In this document: piece after piece, positions 50,351 to 59,638 of the stretch
How positions within the stretch are numbered: position 1 is the stretch's first letter
Layout of the letters: every line of letters begins with the position of its first letter
Position numbers and translations under genes: made by a program
Source: a bacterium
GTDB taxonomy: Bacteria; Hinthialibacterota; Hinthialibacteria; Hinthialibacterales; Hinthialibacteraceae
Length of the DNA stretch: 64,000 nucleotides
NCBI GenBank assembly: GCA_963662285.2
Contig: CAXXMV010000003.1
Coordinates: 192,001 to 256,000, forward strand
Direction of reading: 5' to 3'
The notes under the pieces: generated by a model
The model's database searches: none
The model's input: the letters and a program-made list of their open reading frames with translations, nothing else
What the model was told of the DNA's origin: nothing

Positions 50351-52558
50351 ATGAAAAAAACTCTGGATTATATTGACCATTGCCGTTATCTGGCGCTAGC
50401 CGCTTTACTGCTCTTGGTTCCTATATTGGTTGATCTGAATATAGGCATCAGCGCCGGGCCGGAGAGCAAATTCCGTTTCTTGGAATGCGGCGTCCTTATT
50501 ACCGCTTTTCTTTCTCTTCCGGTATGGATATTCAGAAGAAACAACTTGCGTATGCAATTATCCACTGCGGTAATCATGCTGTGGATATGCTACATGCTGT
50601 TTCGCGCCGCCTTCGACGCCAATTATGAGTACACACTGGATAAAGCCTTCCAAATCTCCTCATGGCTCTTATTCATCCTGCTGGTTGCCGATGTATGTAA
50701 AACCAACCGGGATTTTATGCGCCTAGTCGTAATCGCAGTAATCGGCCAGATTGCTCCGGTATTCCTGGCTGTGGCCAATACATTCGACTGGTTCCCCTAT
50801 CTACACTTTGTTTATGGTAAAAATACTTATTGGTACAATGTAAATATTGGTTCTGATCGCGGCGTTATCTGGTCCAGCCTGGGCAATCCTAATTTTTACG
50901 CCAATTATGGCGCCATCCTGCTGTTATGGTTATTCACCTTATTGGCATTGTCTAAGCGCTGGTTGACTCGTTGCGCAATTATGGTATACAGCGTTTTACT
51001 TATTTACACCCTGCTTTATACCTATACACGGGGGATCTGGGCCAGTTTGATCCCCGTTTTTGGCATCATTTCATTAATTCTGTTTTATCGGCAATGGTCT
51101 GAACGATTTAATATTTCCGAGATAATTCAGCGCAATTGGAAACCGACTGTTTTAACAGTAGCCGGTATGCTAGTAATAATATCCTCTATATTTGCGCTTG
51201 AGACAAGTTCAGGACCGATTCATAAAATCGGCCAACGCTTCTATCACGCCGCCACTCTGCGGGACGCCAGTTTACGCTCCAGGCCATTGTTATGGTACGC
51301 CGCATTACGCATGTGGCGCGAGAAACCTCTAATAGGGCAGGGCATGGGACATTATCAGCCGCTTTATCTGGATACCATCTATCAATCCGCCCTGGAAACT
51401 GATCCCGAACGCATCCAGCATATTACGCGTGAAATGAATACTACCCGCTCTGACCGGGCGCATAACGATTATCTGCACATTCTGGCCGAGCAGGGTATCA
51501 TCGGATATGGGCTATTCATCCTCTTTCTCTTATCCATCATATATCCCGCTGTGCATGGTATTCTATGGGGGCGGAAATCAAGGCGCGATTCAATATTGTT
51601 AACTGGCTGCGCCGCAATTTTTCTTATGGTCATCATCCAGTGCATATATGACTTTCCCCTGCTGCTTCCAGCCAGTTCCATCCTTTTCGCTCTTTCAGCA
51701 GGAGGAATTATTGTTTTAACCGCCAAACCTGCTCAGCCATCAAGAATATGGATATCCTGGAAAATATTAGTCTCCCTCTGTCTTACTCCGATATTAATAT
51801 TGTCGCTTGGCATGGCGCTGCGTCATTTATGCGCATCACATTATCTGCACAAGGGAATTTATCATCTGAATCTCTATAAAAAGTCAAATAATAAACTGAC
51901 TAATACCGATTTTCAAAATTCTGAAAAATATCTGGAGCGAGCCAACCAACTATTTCCACAGAGCGGCGTTATTTTATTTGAACAGGGAAGGCTTTTTGCC
52001 AGTCGATTAGGAAAATATCAAACTCGCGCTATTGATTACCTGGAGCGTTCCAAAGAGACCTATTGCACGCCGGAAACCTACTACCTTTTATGCAGCCTTT
52101 ATTTGGATAAAGCCTATTATGCAAAAGCGCAAAACATGGTCGATACCCTTTTAATGATTGATCCTAATCGCGAAGAGGTAAATTATTTAGCTGGAATTGT
52201 TTCGTACAGATTACGTAAATATAAAGAGGCTGCCCAATATCTTCAAGAAGAATTAAGGGTTAATTCTTCCAACACCCGCGCACTGTCATTATTGGGCATG
52301 ATCTATAAGGATCATTATAAACAACCGGATATCGCAGCAGCCGCCTATGAAAAATTGCTTAAAATTGAACCTGGTTCAATCGATACCCATGAAAGTTTAG
52401 CCGATGTACTTGTTGAACTTGGCGAATTACCTGCTGCGCGTCATCATTATACTACCGCTCTCGAGGGCGCCAATGCGCTGTCACGCCTGGAATGGATCAA
52501 GCGCCTGGAAATGAAACTCGGTAGATTGAACGATAGAATTAATAACTCGAAAGAATAA
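50351..52558 (+). CDS. O-antigen ligase / oligosaccharyltransferase-like (Wzy_C) membrane protein with C-terminal TPR repeats
   Basis: LGNPN, TYTRG, PLIGQGMG, AHNDYLHILAEQGIIG; about 12 TM segments; TPR-like helical repeats in the last ~240 aa. Confidence 0.85.
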   Translation: MKKTLDYIDHCRYLALAALLLLVPILVDLNIGISAGPESKFRFLECGVLITAFLSLPVWIFRRNNLRMQLSTAVIMLWICYMLFRAAFDANYEYTLDKAFQISSWLLFILLVADVCKTNRDFMRLVVIAVIGQIAPVFLAVANTFDWFPYLHFVYGKNTYWYNVNIGSDRGVIWSSLGNPNFYANYGAILLLWLFTLLALSKRWLTRCAIMVYSVLLIYTLLYTYTRGIWASLIPVFGIISLILFYRQWSERFNISEIIQRNWKPTVLTVAGMLVIISSIFALETSSGPIHKIGQRFYHAATLRDASLRSRPLLWYAALRMWREKPLIGQGMGHYQPLYLDTIYQSALETDPERIQHITREMNTTRSDRAHNDYLHILAEQGIIGYGLFILFLLSIIYPAVHGILWGRKSRRDSILLTGCAAIFLMVIIQCIYDFPLLLPASSILFALSAGGIIVLTAKPAQPSRIWISWKILVSLCLTPILILSLGMALRHLCASHYLHKGIYHLNLYKKSNNKLTNTDFQNSEKYLERANQLFPQSGVILFEQGRLFASRLGKYQTRAIDYLERSKETYCTPETYYLLCSLYLDKAYYAKAQNMVDTLLMIDPNREEVNYLAGIVSYRLRKYKEAAQYLQEELRVNSSNTRALSLLGMIYKDHYKQPDIAAAAYEKLLKIEPGSIDTHESLADVLVELGELPAARHHYTTALEGANALSRLEWIKRLEMKLGRLNDRINNSKE

Positions 52559-52562
52559 GCCC

Positions 52563-53255
52563 ATGAATCTGGAAGCCAATCACGTCATTTTAGAAGCCAA
52601 AGACCTCAAACGGGTTTTTCATACCGGCGATGAAGATTTGACCGTGCTGCATGAATTGCAATTACAAGTAATGAAGAACGAGATTCTTGCTATTACCGGA
52701 GAATCCGGCTCTGGAAAATCAACTCTTCTGCATCTGCTGGGATGCCTTGATGTTCCAACTAGCGGCTCAGTGCATTATCTGGGGCATGAACTCTCTTCTC
52801 TGGACTCTTCTGAACAAGATCGCATCAGAAACCGTGAATTCGGTTTCGTTTTTCAATTCCATCACCTCCTGCCGGAATTCAGCGCTTTGGAGAATGTGTA
52901 TCTTCCCGGCATGATTGCGCGCCGTCCGCAGAGTGAATTACAGGATCAAGCCAAAGCAATCCTCACCGAATTAGGTATGGGGCATCGATTGCAACATAAA
53001 CCTAATCAACTATCAGGAGGAGAACAACAACGCGTCGCCGTAGCCCGCGCCATGATAAATTCTCCTAAAATCCTCTTCATGGATGAACCAACCGGCAATC
53101 TTGATCCCGCTAATAGCGAAGAACTTGTGGCCATCATAAGGGAGCAGCAAAAAAGTAAAAATTTAACCGTGGTTATAGTAACTCACGACCCGGATATCGC
53201 CCATAACTCAGATAGAAGCCTTAAACTACGAGACGGGCATGTAGTGACCGACTAA
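52563..53255 (+). CDS. lolD: Lipoprotein-releasing ABC ATP-binding protein LolD
   Basis: GESGSGKSTLLHLLGCLD, LolD-type FVFQFHHLLPEFSALENV, LSGGEQQRVA, DEPTGNLD. Confidence 0.85.
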   Translation: MNLEANHVILEAKDLKRVFHTGDEDLTVLHELQLQVMKNEILAITGESGSGKSTLLHLLGCLDVPTSGSVHYLGHELSSLDSSEQDRIRNREFGFVFQFHHLLPEFSALENVYLPGMIARRPQSELQDQAKAILTELGMGHRLQHKPNQLSGGEQQRVAVARAMINSPKILFMDEPTGNLDPANSEELVAIIREQQKSKNLTVVIVTHDPDIAHNSDRSLKLRDGHVVTD

Positions 53256-53277
53256 AAACTAATTTTAAAAATCCCAA

Positions 53278-53307
53278 GTAGGGTGGGTCACACTTTACCG
53301 ACCCACC
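53278..53307 (+). repeat. Family-A GTAG palindrome
   Basis: GTAGGGTGGGTCACACTTTACCGACCCACC, close to 46537-46566. Confidence 0.8.
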
Positions 53308-53350
53308 GATAAAACTAATGTTATAGAATTAAATTGAAGGAATAATAGTT

Positions 53351-53845
53351 ATGCCGTTATTTCGAGATGGAGAATGTCAACCACTGAGGCGCTGGCATGA
53401 AGCTGCGCAGATCATTGGATTCGCCGTCTGCGCTTTACTGGTCAATATGGTAATTGGTTTGATCATAAAACCAATAGGATTCGTAGGCGCCAGAGAAGTC
53501 AATCAAGGTTTGATCGAACTACACGGCGCCTTTTTCGCCTTTTTTATGATCGTCATCGTTGCGCCATTTACCGAGACGATCTACATCCAATGGCTTCCCC
53601 TGCTTGTGTCCAAGATCGCCCGGCGCACGCCCATTGTTCAGATTTTATGGGCTTCATGCTGGTGTTCGTTGATGCATATACCGCAAGGCTTTGCATATAT
53701 GCTTCAAAATTTCGGAGTAGGCTGGGTTCTCGCCAGCTGCTTTCTCTTTTGCCGCAAAGAGGACTGGCTCAAAGCATACCGCGTAACATCGCTGGCTCAT
53801 CTCCTTCACAACCTAACCGTATATATAATAAGTCATAGCGCTTAG
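53351..53845 (+). CDS. CPBP (CAAX/Abi) family intramembrane protease-like protein
   Basis: VAPFTETIY (EE motif appears as TE), SLMH, AHLLHN; hydrophobic. Confidence 0.7.
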   Translation: MPLFRDGECQPLRRWHEAAQIIGFAVCALLVNMVIGLIIKPIGFVGAREVNQGLIELHGAFFAFFMIVIVAPFTETIYIQWLPLLVSKIARRTPIVQILWASCWCSLMHIPQGFAYMLQNFGVGWVLASCFLFCRKEDWLKAYRVTSLAHLLHNLTVYIISHSA

Positions 53846-53873
53846 TATGGATAAGATTCGCTGTTAAAACCAT

Positions 53874-53898
53874 GTAGTGGCAATCCTTTGAGGTTGTC
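53874..53898 (+). repeat. Degenerate family-D palindrome
   Basis: GTAGTGGCAATCCTTTGAGGTTGTC versus GTAGGGGCAATCCCTCGTGGTTGCC at 39115. Confidence 0.5.
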
Positions 53899-53948
53899 AT
53901 AATCTGCTTATTTACTATAACTTACGCGCAATATCCTAATCTATTTTA

Positions 53949-54725
53949 TCACAATCGCCGCACCCCGAATCCACCGCCGACTTCTATCGATGTTCCAGTG
54001 GAAAAATCAAAATAACCCTGCGCAATGGCGCTGATGGCTTTACCGACGTCTTCCGGCGTTCCCCAGCGGGGTTGGGGAGTTAAACCTTCGGCAATCAGCT
54101 TATCGTATTTCTCTTGTACTACTGAAGTCATATCCGTCGCAATGACGCCGGGTTGTATCTCATAGACCCAGATTCCCTCTGACGCCAGCCGGTCCGCGAA
54201 CAATTTAGTGGTCATTGATAATGCCGCTTTTGAGAGACAATACTCGCCTCGGTTTATCGATGCGGTATAAGCTGAGATGGAAGTTACAAATACGATGCGG
54301 CCAACTTCAATGGTTCCCGCCTGGCGCTGCTCAACCATTTTATTGGCGGCGTATTGGGTAATAAACAGCGGGCCTGTCAAGTTGGTATCCATGACATATC
54401 TGTAACTTTCCATCGACATCTCCAGCCAGTCAGCGCGTACTTTAGGCGCCACTCCAGCATTGTTAACCAGAAGGTCCAAGCGCCCGAAATGATCTATAGC
54501 ATCATCAATCAGGCGCTTACGGTCATCTTCATCCGCAATATTTGCTTGAATAGTAATGGCTCTGCGACCTAATTGTTCGATAATACCTTTAGTCTCTTGG
54601 GCGGCTGCTTGATTGCCAGCATAATTAACTACGATATCGTATCCGGCTTTAGCCGTTTCAATAGCAATGCCGCGTCCGATACCGCGGCTTGAGCCGGTAA
54701 TTATGGCGCATGGTGTATTTGACAT
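53949..54725 (-). CDS. Short-chain dehydrogenase/reductase (3-ketoacyl-ACP-reductase-like)
   Basis: TGSSRGIG, VNNAG, YCLSK, PGVIATDM. ATG 54725 with AGGAG RBS (track start 54767). Confidence 0.9.
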   Translation of the reverse strand: MSNTPCAIITGSSRGIGRGIAIETAKAGYDIVVNYAGNQAAAQETKGIIEQLGRRAITIQANIADEDDRKRLIDDAIDHFGRLDLLVNNAGVAPKVRADWLEMSMESYRYVMDTNLTGPLFITQYAANKMVEQRQAGTIEVGRIVFVTSISAYTASINRGEYCLSKAALSMTTKLFADRLASEGIWVYEIQPGVIATDMTSVVQEKYDKLIAEGLTPQPRWGTPEDVGKAISAIAQGYFDFSTGTSIEVGGGFGVRRL

Positions 54726-54845
54726 ACTATTTCTCCTGGAATTATGGGATGCGTGAATGGAACTCATCCAGACTTCGTATATTATGATGTTAAGGTAGGA
54801 TGTTTATATAGTCGAGAGGCGTAGAGTTTAGAAAGGAATTACAGT

Positions 54846-55571
54846 ATGCAAAAACATAGATACAAGATTCTGATTGCTTTTATAATAACGGTTGCTTTGG
54901 TTGTATGTATTGCCGAAATGTACTTTAAGCAGAAGAGAATTGAGAATACCGTTAATCTAGTCCAGATGATACACCAATCATTGACCTTTGAATATGATTT
55001 TACCCTGGATCAGACCGAAGCAGATGCAGCCGTCCAGATAACTTCCGCTTCTAGTCAAATTGTCGTTCCATGGCCTGATGATCCGAATATCCAGCAATCC
55101 TTAGGCGATTTCGATGCCTTCATCCGTGGAGCGCTTAACTTTGCTCGAACTACCAGGCGGGAATACCTGGAATACGACCTCAACGAAATAACGGCGAAAA
55201 CAAAAACTGACTATCAGACAATCTATGAATTCGATGAGAATGATTATCAAGTAACGCTCGATTTTTTGGGAGAAGCTAAGGTTCTTCATCAAATAACCAG
55301 AAACTCAGTAGAGAAAAAACGCTCGCTCGCCATAACTTATTATGACAATGGCAATCTCAATCGCATCGAATATGGCATGTGGAGCAATGAATCAATGGGC
55401 GTCATAATCAAATTCCACCAGGATGGCAACCTTCAGGAATATATGATGATCTACAATTGGATGATGCTTGGTCCGTTTATTTTGCAGGATGAGAACGGCT
55501 CAATAACAGCAGAGTTTTATTCGCGTCCACAACCAATATCATTGAACAAAAGCCTACAGGATAATAATTAG
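54846..55571 (+). CDS. Membrane-anchored hypothetical protein with MORN-variant-like motifs
   Basis: N-terminal TM; YYDNGNL, FHQDGNL, DENGSI; AAGGA RBS. Confidence 0.55.
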   Translation: MQKHRYKILIAFIITVALVVCIAEMYFKQKRIENTVNLVQMIHQSLTFEYDFTLDQTEADAAVQITSASSQIVVPWPDDPNIQQSLGDFDAFIRGALNFARTTRREYLEYDLNEITAKTKTDYQTIYEFDENDYQVTLDFLGEAKVLHQITRNSVEKKRSLAITYYDNGNLNRIEYGMWSNESMGVIIKFHQDGNLQEYMMIYNWMMLGPFILQDENGSITAEFYSRPQPISLNKSLQDNN

Positions 55572-55573
55572 TG

Positions 55574-57193
55574 ATGGGTGACATTACTCTGGAAATGCCC
55601 TTATATCTATTGGCGCCATTGATCATCTTGGCCCTGATAGGATTCTCATATCTATCCGTGCGTTTATGGAAATACGCTCTGTTGCTTCACAAACTGCTGA
55701 AATATGATTCAGATTCAGCCGAAAATGCAGACTATTTGAATAAATCCAATATTTCCACAGTGGATCAGGCCGCGCAAGAGTTGCTCAAAAAAAAAATCCG
55801 CGACGCATGGTACTCATTCTCTTCAGTGGAACTGTTGAATCTACCTGTCCTGCGTGATGATTGTCATGACTTGGTTAAACAAATTGCGGCAGTCTATTTC
55901 CCCCAATCCAATAATCCTGAATATGAAATTACCATTATGCAATTGCTGCTTTTGAACGAGCGTATTGCCCATCGCACTCGAACAATGTTGGATGATTTAC
56001 CCTCTTTTCATAAAGTGACCGTCGCCTCAATAATGGAAGCAAAATCAATTCTTGAGAAAACCAGACAGACCATTGATAAAAAGGGCATCCGCACAGGTGG
56101 ACGCATCGCCGGGCGCATCTGGTCTGCTATAAGTATTGTTAATCCAAACTATTGGATCAGGAAAGTTATATTCAAAGGCGCTTCCGAGATGGCCACCCGG
56201 AAAGCCCTGACCTCAGTTTACCGTATCGCCGGTTATGAAGCCATTCGCTTATACCGCGCATCCGCCATGCAAACTGACCCGCTTGGTTTCTCTCTGGAAA
56301 AAGAACTGGAAGCCAACCTTGAATTTGATGAAGAAAATACCCAAACTCAAGAAGCAAACGACCAAATCAAAGATGAATTTGACCTGAAGAATGAAGAGGA
56401 TGTGATGTCTGATAACCAGGAATGGATTTTACCTGACGAAGAAGAGCCTACCCAAAAAGGCAATAAGAATACCGAAGAAACAGGCCATGAAAAATTAGAC
56501 TTCTCCATCAGCAAAATGCTGTCCAATTTCGTCGAAGGTTCTATGCAATTATGGGACAAAATGGTCAACGTTGACCGGGTGATAGAGTCTTTCCAGAAGA
56601 AAGGCGACGACGTACAATGTCTGACAGATATCAGTTCTCTGCCCATATCGCGCAACGATGATATTGCTAACGCCTATATCAGCAAAGGCCGTTGGCTCTC
56701 CGCCGCCGAAGGGGCCGCCACCGGATTAGGAGGCATCCTTCTTTTAAGCGCTGATGCAGTATCCCTGCTGGCCTTGCAACTGCGCACCATACAACAGATA
56801 GGATACTGCTATGGCTTCGATGTCTCCCGTCCGGAAGAGAAACTTTTCGCCGCAAAACTGCTGGCCGAATCATACAGTCATCCCTCTGGTAAAGAACGCG
56901 ACGCATTAAAAAATGAGATGCGCACCGCAGCGGGACTGTTAAAAGGTAAAACTCCCATTAATCTATTGCAAAAAAGATTATTCGTACAAGGTTTTGCTAA
57001 AATCGCTCAAAAAATCGGCATCCGCTTCGGCAGCAGAAAAGCGGCGCAGATTGTTCCTGTTTTTGGTTCTGCGGTAGGTTGTATTGTCAACCAGAAAATA
57101 ACCAAGGAGATTGCCGAAACAGCTAAAGAGGTATACCGGGAACGCTTTTTACAAAAACAAGACGCTTCAAGCAACCGGGAAACAAGTGAATAG
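55574..57193 (+). CDS. EcsC-family domain protein with an N-terminal membrane-anchored helical domain
   Basis: C-terminal AAEGAATGLGG...AD...LRTIQQIGYCYGFD...QIVPVFGSAVG...N is the EcsC pattern; acidic linker in the middle. Confidence 0.75.
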   Translation: MGDITLEMPLYLLAPLIILALIGFSYLSVRLWKYALLLHKLLKYDSDSAENADYLNKSNISTVDQAAQELLKKKIRDAWYSFSSVELLNLPVLRDDCHDLVKQIAAVYFPQSNNPEYEITIMQLLLLNERIAHRTRTMLDDLPSFHKVTVASIMEAKSILEKTRQTIDKKGIRTGGRIAGRIWSAISIVNPNYWIRKVIFKGASEMATRKALTSVYRIAGYEAIRLYRASAMQTDPLGFSLEKELEANLEFDEENTQTQEANDQIKDEFDLKNEEDVMSDNQEWILPDEEEPTQKGNKNTEETGHEKLDFSISKMLSNFVEGSMQLWDKMVNVDRVIESFQKKGDDVQCLTDISSLPISRNDDIANAYISKGRWLSAAEGAATGLGGILLLSADAVSLLALQLRTIQQIGYCYGFDVSRPEEKLFAAKLLAESYSHPSGKERDALKNEMRTAAGLLKGKTPINLLQKRLFVQGFAKIAQKIGIRFGSRKAAQIVPVFGSAVGCIVNQKITKEIAETAKEVYRERFLQKQDASSNRETSE

Positions 57194-57286
57194 ACTAATA
57201 TAATAGTCAATATCTCATAACTTCTATTTCAATCATCTCAAAAAAGTTGTAAAATCCCTTATTACTATAATTAGGGGAATTTCATC

Positions 57287-57919
57287 ATGAATTTATCTAC
57301 AAAGAAATCTACGCATCATTTGAAATGCGTTGTATGTAATAAAGGTTTTAGTTCTCAATATGATGAGAAATCCAAGACCTTTCCGGTTTTTCATACTAAA
57401 AGCGAAAATCCAGATATGGAATGTGAGGATACATTTTATAAAGTTTTAATGGGCATCTATAATCATCTCTTAAAAAGCGAATATAGCGTTCCCGCCAATT
57501 CAATTGTTCAAGATGTCCGTGCGCTTGACAAAATATTGCAGAAAAAAGATATGTTAGCCTGGTCTCTATCAATGGGATATCTGATGGTGGATGGTTTTGG
57601 TCGCATTGATATTCCCGAAGTCATTATGGACGAGTTAGAAGGCGTCTTTTCTGAAGAAGCCATGCACAACCTGGACGAAAGACCCGGCGCAGTTGAATGG
57701 ATTAAAGCAAAACTCAGCCATTTGAAGGATCAATTACATTCAGTTTCACCAGATCAGATGCCTTTCAAAAAGACCGAATTGAATTTAGGTGAATCTACTA
57801 TATTCGATAAAATTGATACATCTGGAGTTGAACTAAGAAAAGACAAGAAAAGCGATGCCGACGACTCCTCCCGCACATCCAGCCTTCGCTCAATGATGGA
57901 CCGCAAAAACCGCAGATAA
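57287..57919 (+). CDS. Hypothetical protein with a possible N-terminal Zn site
   Basis: CVVC...H...C; GGGGAA RBS; fills the gap between neighbours. Confidence 0.6.
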   Translation: MNLSTKKSTHHLKCVVCNKGFSSQYDEKSKTFPVFHTKSENPDMECEDTFYKVLMGIYNHLLKSEYSVPANSIVQDVRALDKILQKKDMLAWSLSMGYLMVDGFGRIDIPEVIMDELEGVFSEEAMHNLDERPGAVEWIKAKLSHLKDQLHSVSPDQMPFKKTELNLGESTIFDKIDTSGVELRKDKKSDADDSSRTSSLRSMMDRKNRR

Positions 57920-57960
57920 TACGATTCTAACCAATATATAATATAATTATATCTAGAAAT

Positions 57961-58058
57961 GTAGGGTGCGCCCCTCGTGGGCGCCCTGTTTAAAGCAATC
58001 ACCAATGGCCGGGCGCCAAGGGCAAGACCGCAATGCGGTCAGCCCTTGATCAAACCAC
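57961..58058 (+). repeat. Family-D plus family-B composite
   Basis: D at 57961-57986. B at 58011-58058 matches 28345-28392 at 47 of 48 nt, including the ATCAAACCAC tail. Confidence 0.88.
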
Positions 58059-58075
58059 TTTAGAGTAACTGCTAA

Positions 58076-59401
58076 TTACATAACTTTAGTCTTACCAGGA
58101 ACCGCAATGGGATAATTCCCATCAGGATTAGGCAGTTTAGGAGATTTCATATCAAAACTATATTCAGAAGGTCCAAAGGTGAAATCTGAGTTATAGGCTT
58201 GATCCCATGTCAATTGCTTACCTGAATAACAGGCCATTTGCCCTAGTACGCCCGCCATAGTGCTGTTTACCATATAATCATTAACTATATGTTTACCAGC
58301 TCTGATAGCCGCCAACATCTCCTGATGTTCTACTTTGTATCCACTATCATGGTTGCCATTATATTGCCAGTTTGTTTCGCCGGTTATACGGTTTTCCAGC
58401 AGATCGCACCGCCCCTTGGTTCCCTGAATAATATCAGAAACGCCTGTATGGCAATCATGCTGTGTTCGGCAGAAGGCATAAATTTTAGCTCCGTTATCAT
58501 ATTCGTATACTACTGTATGATGATCGAACACGTCACCGTATATATCGCCGAAAGAGGCGGATCGCCCGCCAAGCCCATGGGCTTTAATGGGCGTCTTTTC
58601 ATTCATGGCCCATAAGGCTTTATCTAAGTTATGCACTAATGATTGGGGAACGTCATCACCCGAAAGCCATGAAATATGATACCAGTTGCGAAAATGATAT
58701 TCGATCTCGCTGTCCTTGGCTGTTCGTGGAACCAAAACATAAGGAGCGCGCAGGTAATTCTCTTCAATCGACACGATGTCGCCGATAATTCCATCTTTTA
58801 TTTGGTTGATTGTGGCGCGAACTCCGGGAACGTAGCGGTTCATCAAACCAGACACAATACATAGTTTTTTCTTTTTAGCTGTGTCGCAAACTTCCTTCAT
58901 CATCCTGATTCCTGGAGGATCAATGCCATGAGGTTTTTCAACGAACACATGTTTCCCTGCATCAATGGCGCATTTGGAATAATATGGGTGAAATGTGGAA
59001 GCGCAGGCGATCAGCACCACATCAACATCACTGGCGATTACTTTCTTGTAGGCGTCGAATCCAACGAAACAATGGTCGTTATCCACTTTCATTTGATCCG
59101 GCAGATCTTTTTTAAGTTCTTTCCGCTTATTCTGGAGTCGGTCTTCAAAAACGTCGCCCATTGCTACCAGATGTACGCCTTCATCCACTTGCATGGCATC
59201 CCTGGCCGCTCCGCTTCCACGTCCCCCGCAACCAATCAGGCCAATCCTGATAACACCACTGCCAGCTGCATGAACCCTACGCGACAAGCCCGATGCGCTT
59301 ATAGCCGCCAACGACAAACTCGCCGCTGAACCTTTCAAGAAACTTCTTCTTGGTGATTTATTATCTTGTTTCTCATTAAGCCCCATAATCATCATCTCCA
59401 T
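58076..59401 (-). CDS. Gfo/Idh/MocA family oxidoreductase with Tat signal
   Basis: SPRRSFLK twin-arginine signal; IGLIGCGGRGSGA, HVFVEKP, HNLD. Exact start among several Met codons uncertain. Confidence 0.9.
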   Translation of the reverse strand: MEMMIMGLNEKQDNKSPRRSFLKGSAASLSLAAISASGLSRRVHAAGSGVIRIGLIGCGGRGSGAARDAMQVDEGVHLVAMGDVFEDRLQNKRKELKKDLPDQMKVDNDHCFVGFDAYKKVIASDVDVVLIACASTFHPYYSKCAIDAGKHVFVEKPHGIDPPGIRMMKEVCDTAKKKKLCIVSGLMNRYVPGVRATINQIKDGIIGDIVSIEENYLRAPYVLVPRTAKDSEIEYHFRNWYHISWLSGDDVPQSLVHNLDKALWAMNEKTPIKAHGLGGRSASFGDIYGDVFDHHTVVYEYDNGAKIYAFCRTQHDCHTGVSDIIQGTKGRCDLLENRITGETNWQYNGNHDSGYKVEHQEMLAAIRAGKHIVNDYMVNSTMAGVLGQMACYSGKQLTWDQAYNSDFTFGPSEYSFDMKSPKLPNPDGNYPIAVPGKTKVM

Positions 59402-59638
59402 TCTCTGAATAGGATACTTTTTAATTGTTTATAAACATCTTCATTATTGTAGAACATCAATAAAAAGATTGCATACATCAAGTAATATCATATAATAAAG
59501 CCACCCCAAAAGGATAGGCGGATGAATCTATCAACGATTCACTATTACGGTAATCTATAATAGATTATGCATCAATAATTATTAGCAATTTTACTAATCG
59601 TATGTTTATATGAGAACGTTTATAAAGAGGTTTTTAAT

